Shown: positions 1 through 9,982, counted from the first letter of the stretch. The stretch is 64,000 bases of DNA from an uncultured Chloroflexia bacterium (GCA_963701135.1 OY969567.1:2113847-2177846); one strand, 5' to 3'. A program made the numbers and translations. The notes: generated by a model not told the origin, from the letters alone.

Positions 1-197
1 GTTCGAGGGCGTCATGGCGGCGGACGAGGTGGAACAAGCGCTGGTCGAGGCGCTGGCGCCGGGCGGCGCCCCATAACCCGTGCTCCGCTTACGGGCTAGT
101 GCTTAAGGGCAGGGCCGGATAGCATATCCTCGCATGGTGCCCCGGCAACGCCCGGGGCACGGTCAAGCGCGAACCGGCACGTTCAAGTTCAGGTCAG

Positions 198-1220
198 GTG
201 AACATGCAGTACGTACAGACGGTCCTGGCTCGGATCGCCGCGAACAGGTTCGATGCGGCTTCTCAACCGGGTGGGTTGCTCGCCGAGCTCGATGCCCACC
301 GGGCATTCGCATCGGCCCAGGCGGGGTTCCGCGGCATGAACATCACCCGCTCCGCCAACCCGGAAGGCGACGCCCTGGTGGTCGTCGAGACGCGTTGGGC
401 CAACAACAACGCGCTCGCCGATTATGCGACCGGCCAGCAGCACGCGGAGAGCATCTTCAACGCTCACAGCGGCGACCTGGTGACTGACAGCCTGCAAGTG
501 CACCGGATGCAGTCGGACGCCGCGCCCCAGCAAGAAGGCCCGGCGCGGGCGTATGACCGGCTGGCGCTGGCGCTCTTCGTGCCGCTCGGGGTGCTCTCGT
601 TCGCGCTGCTCGTGATCTACGCCCTGTCCCGCATCTACCTGACACTTCCGGGCGAGTGGGCGACGCCGCTCGCCGCCGGCATTGCGCTCGGCGTGCTCGG
701 CGTGTCGTGGTACTTCGCGAGCCACCCGTTCGTGCCGCGGTGGCAGATCGCAGGCGTGGCCGTCGTCGTCCTCGGCACGCTGGCGATCGCCGGCACGGCA
801 GCGGCGGTCTACGACGAGCAGAACAAGGAAGTGAAGACAGCCGAATCGCCGACGGCCGCGCCCTCGGCCGGCACGACCCCATCGACGCCGGGCGCCCCGG
901 AGATCGACATGGGCGACAACTTCTTCCAGAACGCGGCGGGCCAGAAGGAGCCGACGATCCCGGTCACAGCGGGCCAGGAAGTCACGATCAACGTGAACAA
1001 CAAGGGTCTGGCGCTCCACAACGTGCACGTGGCGAACGCTTCGGGACAGTTCACGCAGGCGATCTGCAAGGCGGGCGGACCGGAGTTCTGCTCGAATCCG
1101 GCGCAGGTCCCGGCCGGCAGCAGCGCCAAGCTCGTCGTGAAGTTCGACCAGCCGGGCACGTACGACTTCCGCTGCGACTTCCACATCGACCTGATGAAGG
1201 GGAAGATCGAGGTCAAGTAG
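198..1220 (+). CDS. ABM (antibiotic-biosynthesis-monooxygenase-like) domain / 3 TM helices / C-terminal cupredoxin fusion protein
   Basis: Intact 340-aa ORF. The N-terminus is ABM-like (..ALVVVETRWANNNALADY..). Three hydrophobic helices span aa ~120-205. The C-terminus carries a type-1 copper ligand pattern (LALHNVHV ... YDFRCDFHIDLM). A hairpin follows the stop. Confidence 0.65.
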   Translation: MNMQYVQTVLARIAANRFDAASQPGGLLAELDAHRAFASAQAGFRGMNITRSANPEGDALVVVETRWANNNALADYATGQQHAESIFNAHSGDLVTDSLQVHRMQSDAAPQQEGPARAYDRLALALFVPLGVLSFALLVIYALSRIYLTLPGEWATPLAAGIALGVLGVSWYFASHPFVPRWQIAGVAVVVLGTLAIAGTAAAVYDEQNKEVKTAESPTAAPSAGTTPSTPGAPEIDMGDNFFQNAAGQKEPTIPVTAGQEVTINVNNKGLALHNVHVANASGQFTQAICKAGGPEFCSNPAQVPAGSSAKLVVKFDQPGTYDFRCDFHIDLMKGKIEVK

Positions 1221-1269
1221 ACGGGGGAGAAGCGAGAACCTGGAACCAAGAACCTAGAGGACTTGACGA

Positions 1270-1294
1270 GCGGGCCGCCCTTCGGGCGGCCCGC
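1270..1294. terminator. GC-rich hairpin between convergent genes (likely bidirectional intrinsic terminator)
   Basis: gcgggccgcc-cttcg-ggcggcccgc forms a 10-bp perfect stem followed by gtgttt. It lies 50 nt after the stop of ORF 198..1220. Confidence 0.5.
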
Positions 1295-1328
1295 GTGTTT
1301 GGCTCGTGATTATCGGATGCGGCGGCGG

Positions 1329-1479
1329 TTATTTCTTGCGGGTGAGGCCCATCGCCTCGAGCTCCTTCGTTCACCTCGGACCAGCGGGGCTCCCGGCTTG
1401 CGGCCTCTTCCCGGGCGTACCACTTGAAGAAGACCCAGGCGATCAGGCTCCAGATGATGACGCTGCCCATGAGCTTCAT
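1329..1479 (-). CDS. small membrane protein (about 50 aa), frameshifted as assembled
   Basis: The ATG overlaps the ctaG stop (TGATG). The product starts MKLMGSVIIWSLIAWVFFKWY (one TM helix). A 1-nt shift near 1375 restores ..KELEAMGLTRKK-stop before the hairpin. The call is weak because the ORF is short. Confidence 0.3.
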
Positions 1480-2201
1480 CACCCCGCCGCCGACTGCTGG
1501 TCTGCCTCCGGCGACAACCCCCACGTACGCGGCGCCTGCTCGTAGAACGAGTACACGGCGCCGTCCGCGAACGTGATGAACGACGACAGCACCATGGGCA
1601 GCAGCGACTGCATGAACAGGTACGCCATCTGCAGCGGCGCCGCGAGGTGCGGCAGCTCGGGGACCTCGCTCAGCACGGGCCACCACATCAGCATCGCGCT
1701 CGACAGGAGCGCCGCGTGCACCCAGAAGTGGAACCAGTGGTTACGGAGCGCCAGGTCGACGATGGGCGGCAGGTGCGTGAGCAGGAGGAGCGCGTTGAAG
1801 ATCGAGAACGCGACGATGGGGTGCGTGAGGACGCGCGCGACCGCGAGTACGCCTTTGACCCGGAGGAGTGCCTGCCACATCCACACGGGGACACCGGCAA
1901 GCAGCAGCGGTGCGGCGACCAGCACGAAGATCGTGTGCTGGAACATGTGGAAGCTGAGCAGGTACTGCTCGCTCAGGTCGTGTACGGGCGTGCCCGCCAC
2001 CGCATAGACCGCGACGACGCCGGCCGTGAACAGCGCCACCTGGCTCCGGCGCACGCGCCCGGCGTCGGAAAACAGGTCGCGGAGCTGCGTCACGGCGTAC
2101 AGGTAGCCGAGCTCCATCGCGATGCAGAGCAGGACCACGTCCGCGTGCGGGTTCCAGTGGAAGTCATACGGGCCGGAGGCGGCGTGGAGGAGCGGCAGCA
2201 T
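1479..2201 (-). CDS. ctaG: cytochrome c oxidase assembly factor CtaG (caa3-type, membrane)
   Basis: Intact 240-aa polytopic ORF with ..MFQHTIFVLVAAPLLLAGVPVW.. and ..MLMWWPVL.., typical of the Caa3_CtaG family. It lies downstream of the oxidase subunit genes. Confidence 0.7.
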   Translation of the reverse strand: MLPLLHAASGPYDFHWNPHADVVLLCIAMELGYLYAVTQLRDLFSDAGRVRRSQVALFTAGVVAVYAVAGTPVHDLSEQYLLSFHMFQHTIFVLVAAPLLLAGVPVWMWQALLRVKGVLAVARVLTHPIVAFSIFNALLLLTHLPPIVDLALRNHWFHFWVHAALLSSAMLMWWPVLSEVPELPHLAAPLQMAYLFMQSLLPMVLSSFITFADGAVYSFYEQAPRTWGLSPEADQQSAAG

Positions 2202-2267
2202 GTTTAGTTCCCTACCGTGGGCGGGCGTGCCCCAGGGAGGCCCCGAAGACCCTGAGTATAGATCGAT

Positions 2268-2693
2268 TCAGACCAGGTTCCCCCCGAGCGTCGCCAGGAC
2301 CACCACGAACAACGCCGACGCCAGCGCGAAACCCGTGAGGAACGCCGTCGAGAACAGGCGGCTATCGAACTTCAGGTGCATAAAGAACATGACGACGAGC
2401 GAGAACTTCACCGCTGACAGCCCCAGCAGAATGCTGACGAAGACGGCCTGCTGGATGTCGAAGTAGTACACGATGACCTCGACCGCGGTCACCGCCGCAA
2501 GCAGCAGGCCGATGCGGACGTACTCCTCCGGGCCGGGGTGCGCGACGCCGTGACGCCGGGCGGGCGCGCCGGCCGGGGCGGGTGCGGCCGCCGAACTGAG
2601 GAACGTCAGCGCGACGATGGCGAGGCCGATGAGACCGAGAACCAGCAGCGGCGCTCCCAGCAACAGAGAAGGACTCTCAAAGAAGTTTTTCAT
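2268..2693 (-). CDS. ctaF: cytochrome c oxidase subunit IV family protein with an extra N-terminal TM segment
   Basis: The C-terminal 90 aa (EYVRIGLLLAAVTAVEVIVYYF..VKFSLVVMFFMHLKFDSR..) match prokaryotic COX4. I chose the start at MKNFFESP (ATG 2693), which overlaps the upstream small-ORF stop as ATGA. Confidence 0.7.
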   Translation of the reverse strand: MKNFFESPSLLLGAPLLVLGLIGLAIVALTFLSSAAAPAPAGAPARRHGVAHPGPEEYVRIGLLLAAVTAVEVIVYYFDIQQAVFVSILLGLSAVKFSLVVMFFMHLKFDSRLFSTAFLTGFALASALFVVVLATLGGNLV

Positions 2694-2821
2694 CGCGCTC
2701 CCCTGGACGGCTTGAGCAAGCCGCTGAACAATGCTCCAACCGCGACCAGCGCCCCGCACAGGCCTATGACCAGCAGCGGCGCCCCAATCAGCAGCGCGGG
2801 GTTCTCAAGAAACTCTTTCAT
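2690..2821 (-). CDS. 43-aa single-TM peptide, paralogous to the N-terminus of the subunit IV gene
   Basis: MKEFLENPALLIGAPLLVIGL.. aligns with MKNFFESPSLLLGAPLLVLGL.. of the next gene. It has an ATGA stop/start overlap and sits between ctaE and ctaF. Confidence 0.4.
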   Translation of the reverse strand: MKEFLENPALLIGAPLLVIGLCGALVAVGALFSGLLKPSRGAR

Positions 2822-2919
2822 CCTTCTCCCTTTACCTTGCGACCACGAGCGAGGCACACGCAGCCTCCGGTCAGCAGATTGCCGGAGGCTTTCCACGCCC
2901 GATGGAACCCAACTGTCCC

Positions 2920-3516
2920 TTACTGCACAAGGTAGACGAGCGTGAAGATGACGATCCAGACGATGTCGACGAAGTGCCAGTACAGGCCGGCCAGCTCGAC
3001 GTTCAGGGCATTCTCGCTCGGTCAGCTTGCCCTCGCAGCGAGCATCACGCAGAGCGACAGCAGGATCAGCACGCCGACGGTGACGTGCGCGCCGTGGAAG
3101 CCCGTCAGCACGAAGAACGTCGTGCCGAACAGGTTCGTGTCGCAGCGCAGGCCTTCGTGGTAGAACTCGGTGAACTCGAACGCCTGGCCGGCCAGGAAGA
3201 CGATGCCCAGCAGCGACGTCGCACAGCAGCCAGATGCGCATGCCGCGCAGGTCGCTGCGCTGGATGGCGGCGAGCGCCAGCACCATCGTCACGCTGCTCA
3301 TCAGCAGGACGAACGAGCTGACCGACGTGAACGGGATGTCGTACAGGTCTGTTCGCGGTACGGGCCCGATCGATGCTGCGGTCGCGGTAGAGCAGGTACG
3401 TGGCGATGAAGGCCGCCGAAGAACAGGCACTCCGACGCCAGGAAGAGCCACATGAGCAGCTTCCGGTTGTCGAGGCCGGTGCTTGTCTCGAGGTGCGCTA
3501 CCGCCGCCTGTTGCAC
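2920..3516 (-). CDS. ctaE: cytochrome c oxidase subunit III, frameshifted as assembled
   Basis: Fragments lie in three frames: [35 protein letters not shown].., ..[30 protein letters not shown].., and a C-terminal ..[21 protein letters not shown] ending at TAA 2920. Confidence 0.75.
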
Positions 3517-3537
3517 GTGCCAGTCCTTCCGCCCTGC

Positions 3538-5473
3538 TTATTCCGTCGCCGGCTCCAGCGCCCAACCGTAGATGCCGACAAGCAGCACGACCGCGCCGAC
3601 CGCACGAGCGCGTAGTCGTAGATCAGACCGAAGCCGATGATCGGCAGGCCCGAGCGCCGCGATCAGCGGCAAGTACGACGGCGACGGCAGGTGGATGCCG
3701 TGGCCGTCGCTCGTGTCCGTCGCCGCGTGCTCGCGTCGCCAGCGACGCGCCGGCCGGCACCGGCACCGGCTTGCCGCTGCGCGTCCTCGGCGTACTTCCT
3801 GTGCCAGAAGTCGTCGAGCGCGTGCACCTGCGGGATCTCGGCGAAGTTGTACGGCGGCGGCGGCGACGGGATCGTCCACTCGAGCGTGCGGCCGTCCCAC
3901 GGGTCGGCGCCCGCGTTCCTCGCCCTTGCGCAGGCTGCAGATGACGTTGACGATGAACACGAGGATCGAGGCCGCGATCGTGAACGCGCCGACGGTCGCC
4001 ATCATGTTCCAGAAGCCCCAGCCGTAGTCCGTCGGGGTAGGTCTGGATGCGCCGCGGCATGCCCAGCAGGCCGAGGATCATCATCGGCTGGAACGTCAGG
4101 TTGAAGCCGATGAACATCGAGCCAGAAGTGCAGCTGGCCGATCGTCTCGTTCAGCATGCTTGCCGGTGAACTTCGGGAACCAGTAGTAGATGCCGGCGAA
4201 CAGGCCGAACATCGCGCCGCCGAACAGCACCTGGTGGAAGTGCGCGACGATGTAGTACGTGTCCTGCTGCTGGTAGTCCGACGGCACGATCGAGTGCGTC
4301 ACGCCGGTCAGCCCGCCGATCGTGAACATCGCGATGAAGCCGACGGCGAAGTATCAGCGGCGTCTTGAAGCTGATCGAGCCGCCCCACAGCGTCGCCAGC
4401 CAGTTGAAGATCTTCACGCCCGTCGGCATCGGCGATCAGGATCGTCGAGACGCCGAACGCCGAGTTCGCGACCGAGCCGAGGCCGGTCGTGTACATGTGG
4501 TGCGCCCACACGCCCCAGCTCATGAACCCGATCGCGATGCCGGAGAAGACGACGAACGGATAGCCGAACAGCGGCTTCCGCGAGAACGTCGGCAGCACCT
4601 CCGACACGATGCCCATCGCGGGCAGGATGAGGATGTACACCTCCGGATGGCCGAAGAGCCAGAACATGTGCTGCCAGAGCAGCGGCGTGCCGCCCGCCGC
4701 CGCGTTGAAGAAGTTCGCGCCGAACAGGCGGTCGAACGTCAGCTGGAACAGCGCCACGGCGATCACCGGCATCGCGAAGATGATGAGGAACGACGTGACC
4801 AGCGTCATCCAGACGAACACCGGCATGCGGAACAGCGTCATGCCCGGCGCGCGCATGTTGAGGATCGTGACGATGAAGTTGAAGCCACCGGCCAGCGACG
4901 AAACGCCGAGGATCTGCAGTGCCGAGCGCCCAGTAGTCGATGCCGTTGCCGGGCGAGAACCGCGTTGAGCGTCAGCGGCGCGTAGCCGAACCAGCCGGCG
5001 TCCGGCGCGCCGAGCTCGCCCTCGAAGATGTTGCCGCCGGTGAAGAAGCTGGCGTTCATGAAGAGGCCGCCGAGCAGGAACACCCAGTAGCTGAAGGCGT
5101 TCAGCCGCGGGAACGCGACGTCGCGCGCGCCGATCATCAGCGGGACCAGCAGGTTGAAGAACGCCGCGCTCAGCGGCATGACGACGAGGAAGACCATCGT
5201 CGTGCCGTGCATCGTGAAGATGCGGTTGTACTGGTCCGGGTTGAGGAGCGTCGCCGTTCGGCGTCGCGAGCTGCAGGCGGATGAGCAGCGCCTCGATGCC
5301 GCCGATGAGGAAGAACGAGGAACGCGCGTGACGCCGTACAGCACGCCGATGCGCTTGTGGTCGACGGTCGCGATCCAGCTCCAGATGCCCTTGTACGTGC
5401 CGGCGCCCTCGCGCATCTGCCGGAGGGCGCCGGCCATGGTCACGCGTTTCGGTGCGTAGGTAGCGCCTGCCAT
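3538..5473 (-). CDS. ctaD: cytochrome c oxidase subunit I, multiply frameshifted as assembled
   Basis: Diagnostic CoxI segments are spread over at least 6 ORF fragments. Examples are [95 protein letters not shown] and the C-terminal ..[10 protein letters not shown]. Confidence 0.9.
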
Positions 5474-6377
5474 CAGTTACTCCCTGTCGAGGCCAGCGCG
5501 GGCTGTCCGGCCGTACCGTCACGCGTGGCGGCCTGCTGCTGCTTCAGCCAGCGTCTGGAAGTCCTGCTCGGACTCGACGATCACGGTGAAGCGCATCTTG
5601 GCGTGGCCGATGCCGCAGAACTCGGCGCACTGCGCGCTGTAGGTGCCGAGCTCCGTCGCCGTTGATCCACATGTGGTTCTCGCGGCCGGGGATGATGTCG
5701 GTCTTGCCGGCGAGCTTGGGCATCCAGAAGCTGTGGATCACGTCGGCAGAGCGGAGCCGGAACAGCACATCGCGGCCGATGGGGATGTGCAGCTCGTTCA
5801 GCGTCTGGGCGGGGGCGCCGCCATCGGCGGCGGGGTAGTTGAACTGCCACGCCCACTGGATGCCGTTCACATCGACCTCAAGGGCGCCCTTCGGTTGTCT
5901 CGCGAGGTCGATGATGCCGCCGATGGTCGGGGGCACGAAGAACGCGAGCAGGATCACGGGCGCGATCGTCCAGAGAATCTCGAGCCTGTTGTTGCCGTGC
6001 ACCTGTTCCGGAAGGCCCGTGTCGCCCTTCTTGCGGCGGAAGCGGAAGAGGATGTACAGCAGTAGCCCCTCGACCAGGATGAGGATGGCCAGGGCGGGCC
6101 ACATGGTCAGGAAGAAGATGTTTTTCTGATCGCGCGCGACATCGCCTGCCGGTGCGAAGGTGTTTTGCGGGCTGTCGAAGAGGCTGCAGCCGGAGAGCAG
6201 GAACGCGACGGCCACGAACGAGGCGAGGGCGGCGAGCCGCGGCAGATGCCTGCTACGCACGGGCGCGAACCTCCTGGTGGAACCGCGAGAAGCGGCTGTG
6301 CATGCGGAAACCAGACGGAGTCGCCGCGTCATCGACGAGGCCTCGCGTGGCAGGGCCGCCTGGACGTGCCATTGCAT
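5474..6377 (-). CDS. ctaC: cytochrome c oxidase subunit II (lipoprotein-type signal), frameshifted near the 3-prime end; start uncertain
   Basis: The product has ..FLLSGCSLF.. (lipobox), two TM helices and ..DVIHSFWMPKLAGKTDIIPGR... The CuA motif CAEFCGIGHAKM is readable only in a shifted frame. The TGA stop abuts the ctaD ATG (TGATG). Confidence 0.8.
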
Positions 6378-6649
6378 ATCTCCTCGCTCGATTCGCTGAC
6401 CGCGGAATTATTCCGCCGAAGGCAGCTTCGGTCAAGGGGTCGCGACGTTAGCCGCAAGGGCCGCACGGCAGGGCCAATGGCCCTTTGTATATTTCGCAAA
6501 TAAAACAGCCAATGACTGGTCAATACCGGCACGCGACGACCTGCGAAGGCCCGGCAATGCAGGCGCGCCCCGCGCGCATGGCGCGCCTAAACAGCGTGCT
6601 GAAAGCGCTCAACGCGACCGGAGTCTCTTGAGTTGGGCTGCCGCACCGC

Positions 6650-6718
6650 GCGGGCTGGAAAGCCCGCGCCACGGGGTGAACTGGCTTTGCGGGCTGAAAA
6701 GCCCGCGCCACGGGGTGA
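6650..6718 (+). repeat. two tandem copies (39-bp period) of a REP-like hairpin element GCGGGCTnnAAAGCCCGCGCCACGGGGTGA
   Basis: Copies lie at 6650-6679 and 6689-6718, each with a 7-bp stem gcgggct/agcccgc. A third copy is at 48274-48300. They sit just 3-prime of ctaB. Confidence 0.6.
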
Positions 6719-6738
6719 GCTGACGTTCCGGCACCCTG

Positions 6739-7651
6739 CTAACGGAGGATCAGTTGGTCGAGGGCGACAGCGAAGAAGATGAACGAAAGGTAGTAGATCG
6801 ACACGCGGAACAGGCCCATGGCGGCAACGGGCGCGTCGTTCGAGCGCAAGCGCCACGCCTCCCGCACGAACATGACGCCGAGGGCGAGCGCGGACGCGGT
6901 GTAGATCCAGCCGACGGCGCCGGTCAGCACGAGTGCCAGCGAGACCGGCACGAGCACCAGCGTGTACGCGAGGATCTGATTCTTCGTCGAGGCCATCGTC
7001 GCGACGACGGGCAGCATCGGCACGTGCGCCCGCGCGTAGTCGTCCTTGTACTTGATCGAGAGCGCCCAGAAGTGCGGCGGCGTCCAGAAGAAGATGATCG
7101 CGAAGAGAATGACCGCCGGCACACCTATGTCGCCCGTGACGGCCGCCCAGCCGACGAGCGGCGGGACCGCGCCCGCCGCACCGCCGATGACGATGTTCTG
7201 CGGCGTCGTGCGCTTCAGCCACAGCGTGTAGACGAACACGTAGAACAGCGTCGCCGCGGCGGCCAGGCAGGCCGCCAGCAGGTTCGACGAGAGCGCCAGC
7301 AGCGCGAACGCGACGGCTTCGAGCGCCACGCGCGAACGACCAGCGCGCTGATCGGCTCAATCTTGCCGAGCGGCAGCGGGCCGCCCCTGCGTCCGGTGCA
7401 TGATCTCGTCGATGTCGCGGTCGAGGTAGCAGTTGATGGCGTTGGCGCCGCCGGCCGCGAGCGATGCCGCCGACGACGGTCGCGAGCATGAGCCAGAGCG
7501 AGGGCACGCCCTTGCTCGCGAGGATCATCGTCGGGATCGTCGTGATCAGCAGCAGCGAGATGATGCGCGGCTTCGTCAGCGAGAGGTAGGCGCTCGCGGT
7601 CTCGCGCCAGGTCAACGCCGGGTGCCGCAGCGTGCTCTCTAACGCGCCCAT
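6739..7651 (-). CDS. ctaB: protohaem IX farnesyltransferase (haem O synthase), frameshifted as assembled
   Basis: The N-terminal fragment reads ..[24 protein letters not shown]... The C-terminal 196-aa ORF has ..[34 protein letters not shown].., characteristic of the UbiA-family CtaB/CyoE. Confidence 0.85.
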
Positions 7652-8595
7652 TGTGCCGCCTCCCCGCCACGCCTGCGGCGCTCTTCCGCCTCTTCCTCCA
7701 CGTCATCACCCGGCAGGTAGTAGGCCAGCGCGCTGATCAGCACCATGGTGCACCAGAGCAGCGCAGCGAGCGACAGGTGCGTGACCACGACGCCCGCCGC
7801 GAGGCCGGTCCAGATGTTGGCGGCGCCGATGAGCGCCTGGGCCACGTACGCGGCGCCGGCGAACAGCGCCAGCGCGAGCAGCAACGGCTGGCGGCGGCGC
7901 TCCTCGAACGCCAGGTAGATCAGCGCCAGCAGCATGATGCCGAGCGCACCGGCGAGCAGCCGGTGCAGGAAGTGCAGCCCCACGGCGCTGCCGCCGGCAG
8001 GGATGACGCTGCCGTTACACAGCGGCCAGCCGCTGCACGCGAGCGATGCGTCGGTGTTGCTGATGTAGGAGCCCAGGACGAGCGTCGCGAACGCCATCGC
8101 CGCCGCCAGCGATGGCCATGCGCGTGAACGCGGTGTCGGTAGACGATGCGAACGCGCGGAAGCCGCGCGAGCGCATCAGCGAGACGGTCGCGGTCACGAT
8201 CAGGACGCCGATGAAGGTCATGGCGGTGCCGAGATGCGTTGCGACGATGCTCGGATGGCAGCTCCTTCTTCACCGTGATGCCGCCGAGGACGATCTGCAC
8301 GGCCAGCAGGACGCCCGCCGTGAACGCGAGCCAGAACACGAGCGGGTTCTTGCCGCTCACCCTTGAACGTGAAGAAGGTGACGCCCAGGAACAGCATGCC
8401 GACGAAGAAGGCGGCCGTGCGGTGCGAGAACTCGATCAGCGTGTGCTTGTCGGACTCCGGGACGAACTTGCCGTGGCACGTCGGCCAGTCCGGGCAGCCC
8501 AGGCCGGAGCCTGTGGCGCGGACGGTGCCGCCAATCATCACCAGCGCGAACGTGGCGACGATCGTGATGAGCAGCAGGCGCTGGAACCAGGTCAT
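7639..8595 (-). CDS. ctaA: haem A synthase (COX15/CtaA family), frameshifted as assembled
   Basis: The N-terminus reads [42 protein letters not shown]. The C-terminal half has ..[23 protein letters not shown]... Four fragments lie in different frames, and the gene overlaps the ctaB start. Confidence 0.8.
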
Positions 8596-8837
8596 ATCGA
8601 GCCACGCGCCGGGAAGGCGCGCGAAATCCACTCCTGACGGCCGGGTGCACGCGGCCTGGGGCGACCGCTGGTGACCTCTATCACGAGTAGCACGGGGCGG
8701 CTCGCAGGGCAAGCGAACGCGGGCGCGGCGGCGCGCACATTGGAGGACTCGTTGACGCCGAATCACGGCGAGCTAAGATGCAGGACTGTCCACCTGTACC
8801 AATCGCGAACCGCACGAGTGAAAGGCAATCGGAAGCT

Positions 8838-9950
8838 ATGAGCGCCACAGGCAAAGCCGCCGTCTTGCTCGGCCCCGGCAAGGGTTACGAGATCCGCGAA
8901 TTCGAAGTACCGGTGCCGGAACCGGACGGCGTCGTCGTCAAGGTGAGCATGGGCGGCATCTGCGGGTCGGACCTGCACATCTGGCGCGGGGACTCACCGC
9001 TGTTCGCGGCGATGGCCGGGAGCGTGGCCGGGCACGAGATGACGGGCCGCGTGCACTCGCTGGGCTCGAACATCAAGACCGACTCGCTCGGCCGGCCGCT
9101 GAAGGAAGGCGACCGCGTGGCGTACGCGTACTTCTACCCGTGCGGACGCTGCTACCAGTGCAACAGGGCCGAGTTCGCCACCTGCCCGAACAAGCTGGCG
9201 CGCATGGGCCCGACGATCAGCCCGTTCAGCGGCGCCTACGGCGAGTACTACTACCTGAAGCCCGGCGGCTGGATCTTCAAAGTGCCCGACGAGATCAGCG
9301 ACGAGGTGGCGACGCCGGTGAACTGCGCGCTGTCGCAGGTCACGTACGGCCTGCAGAAGGCGGGGCTGCGGTATGGCGACACGGTTGTCGTGCAAGGCGC
9401 GGGCGGCCTGGGACTAAACGCGATCGCCGTGGCGAAGGAGATGGGCGCCGACGCCGTGATCGCCATTGACGGCGTGCCGAGCCGGCTGGCGCTGGCGAAG
9501 AAGTTCGGCGCCGATGAGGTCATCGACATCAACGAGAACCCCGGGCCGATGGACCGCATCGCGAAGGTGAAGGGGATGACGGGCGGCCGGGGCGGCGACG
9601 TCGTCGTCGAGGTCGTGGGCGTGCCGGCGGTCGTGCCGGAAGGGCTGCAGATGCTGCGGGAGGGCGGCACCTACCTGGAGATCGGCAACATCTCGTTCGG
9701 CCGCACGACGGAGATCGACCCGTCGCAACTCGTGTGGGGCTCGAAGCGCATCCAGGGCGTGATCATGTACGACCCGTGGGTGATCCCGGAGGCGCTCGAC
9801 TTCCTGGTGCGGACGAAGAACAAGTACCCGCACGGCGACGTCGTGTCGCACAAGTTCAAGCTCGCCGACATCAACGAGGCATTCAGCAGCAGCGAGTGGC
9901 AGCGCGAGGGCGAGGCGACGAAGGTGAACCGCGCCGTCATCACGATGTAG
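8838..9950 (+). CDS. zinc-dependent alcohol dehydrogenase family (MDR) oxidoreductase
   Basis: Intact ORF with ..GICGSDLHIW.., ..GHEMTGRV.., a structural-Zn Cys cluster (CGRCYQCNRAEFATC) and the Rossmann motif VQGAGGLGLNAI. I chose ATG 8838, which has an upstream purine-rich RBS. Confidence 0.85.
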   Translation: MSATGKAAVLLGPGKGYEIREFEVPVPEPDGVVVKVSMGGICGSDLHIWRGDSPLFAAMAGSVAGHEMTGRVHSLGSNIKTDSLGRPLKEGDRVAYAYFYPCGRCYQCNRAEFATCPNKLARMGPTISPFSGAYGEYYYLKPGGWIFKVPDEISDEVATPVNCALSQVTYGLQKAGLRYGDTVVVQGAGGLGLNAIAVAKEMGADAVIAIDGVPSRLALAKKFGADEVIDINENPGPMDRIAKVKGMTGGRGGDVVVEVVGVPAVVPEGLQMLREGGTYLEIGNISFGRTTEIDPSQLVWGSKRIQGVIMYDPWVIPEALDFLVRTKNKYPHGDVVSHKFKLADINEAFSSSEWQREGEATKVNRAVITM

Positions 9951-9982
9951 GTTGCGGAGACGGATACCGGGAAATCAACGAG

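Noticed and set aside
189-1184. 331-aa ORF antisense to the ABM-cupredoxin gene. The same class includes 10185..11549, 19543..20895, 24965..26197, 26284..28137, 27702..28853, 36093..37205, 59086..61008, 60483..61829 and 61833..63050.
   Set aside because: These are Arg/Ala/Gly/Asp-rich shadow ORFs lying opposite genes with clear family motifs. Long antisense ORFs are expected at about 70% GC. None shows any recognisable motif.
2920-8595. Genuine pseudogenisation of the aerobic respiratory chain, pyrimidine and glutamate genes (a reductive-evolution scenario)
   Set aside because: The fragments retain near-perfect family motifs with no substitution-type stops. The lesions are all single-nucleotide indels and are clustered in patches, which fits consensus error better. 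This cannot be excluded without the reads.
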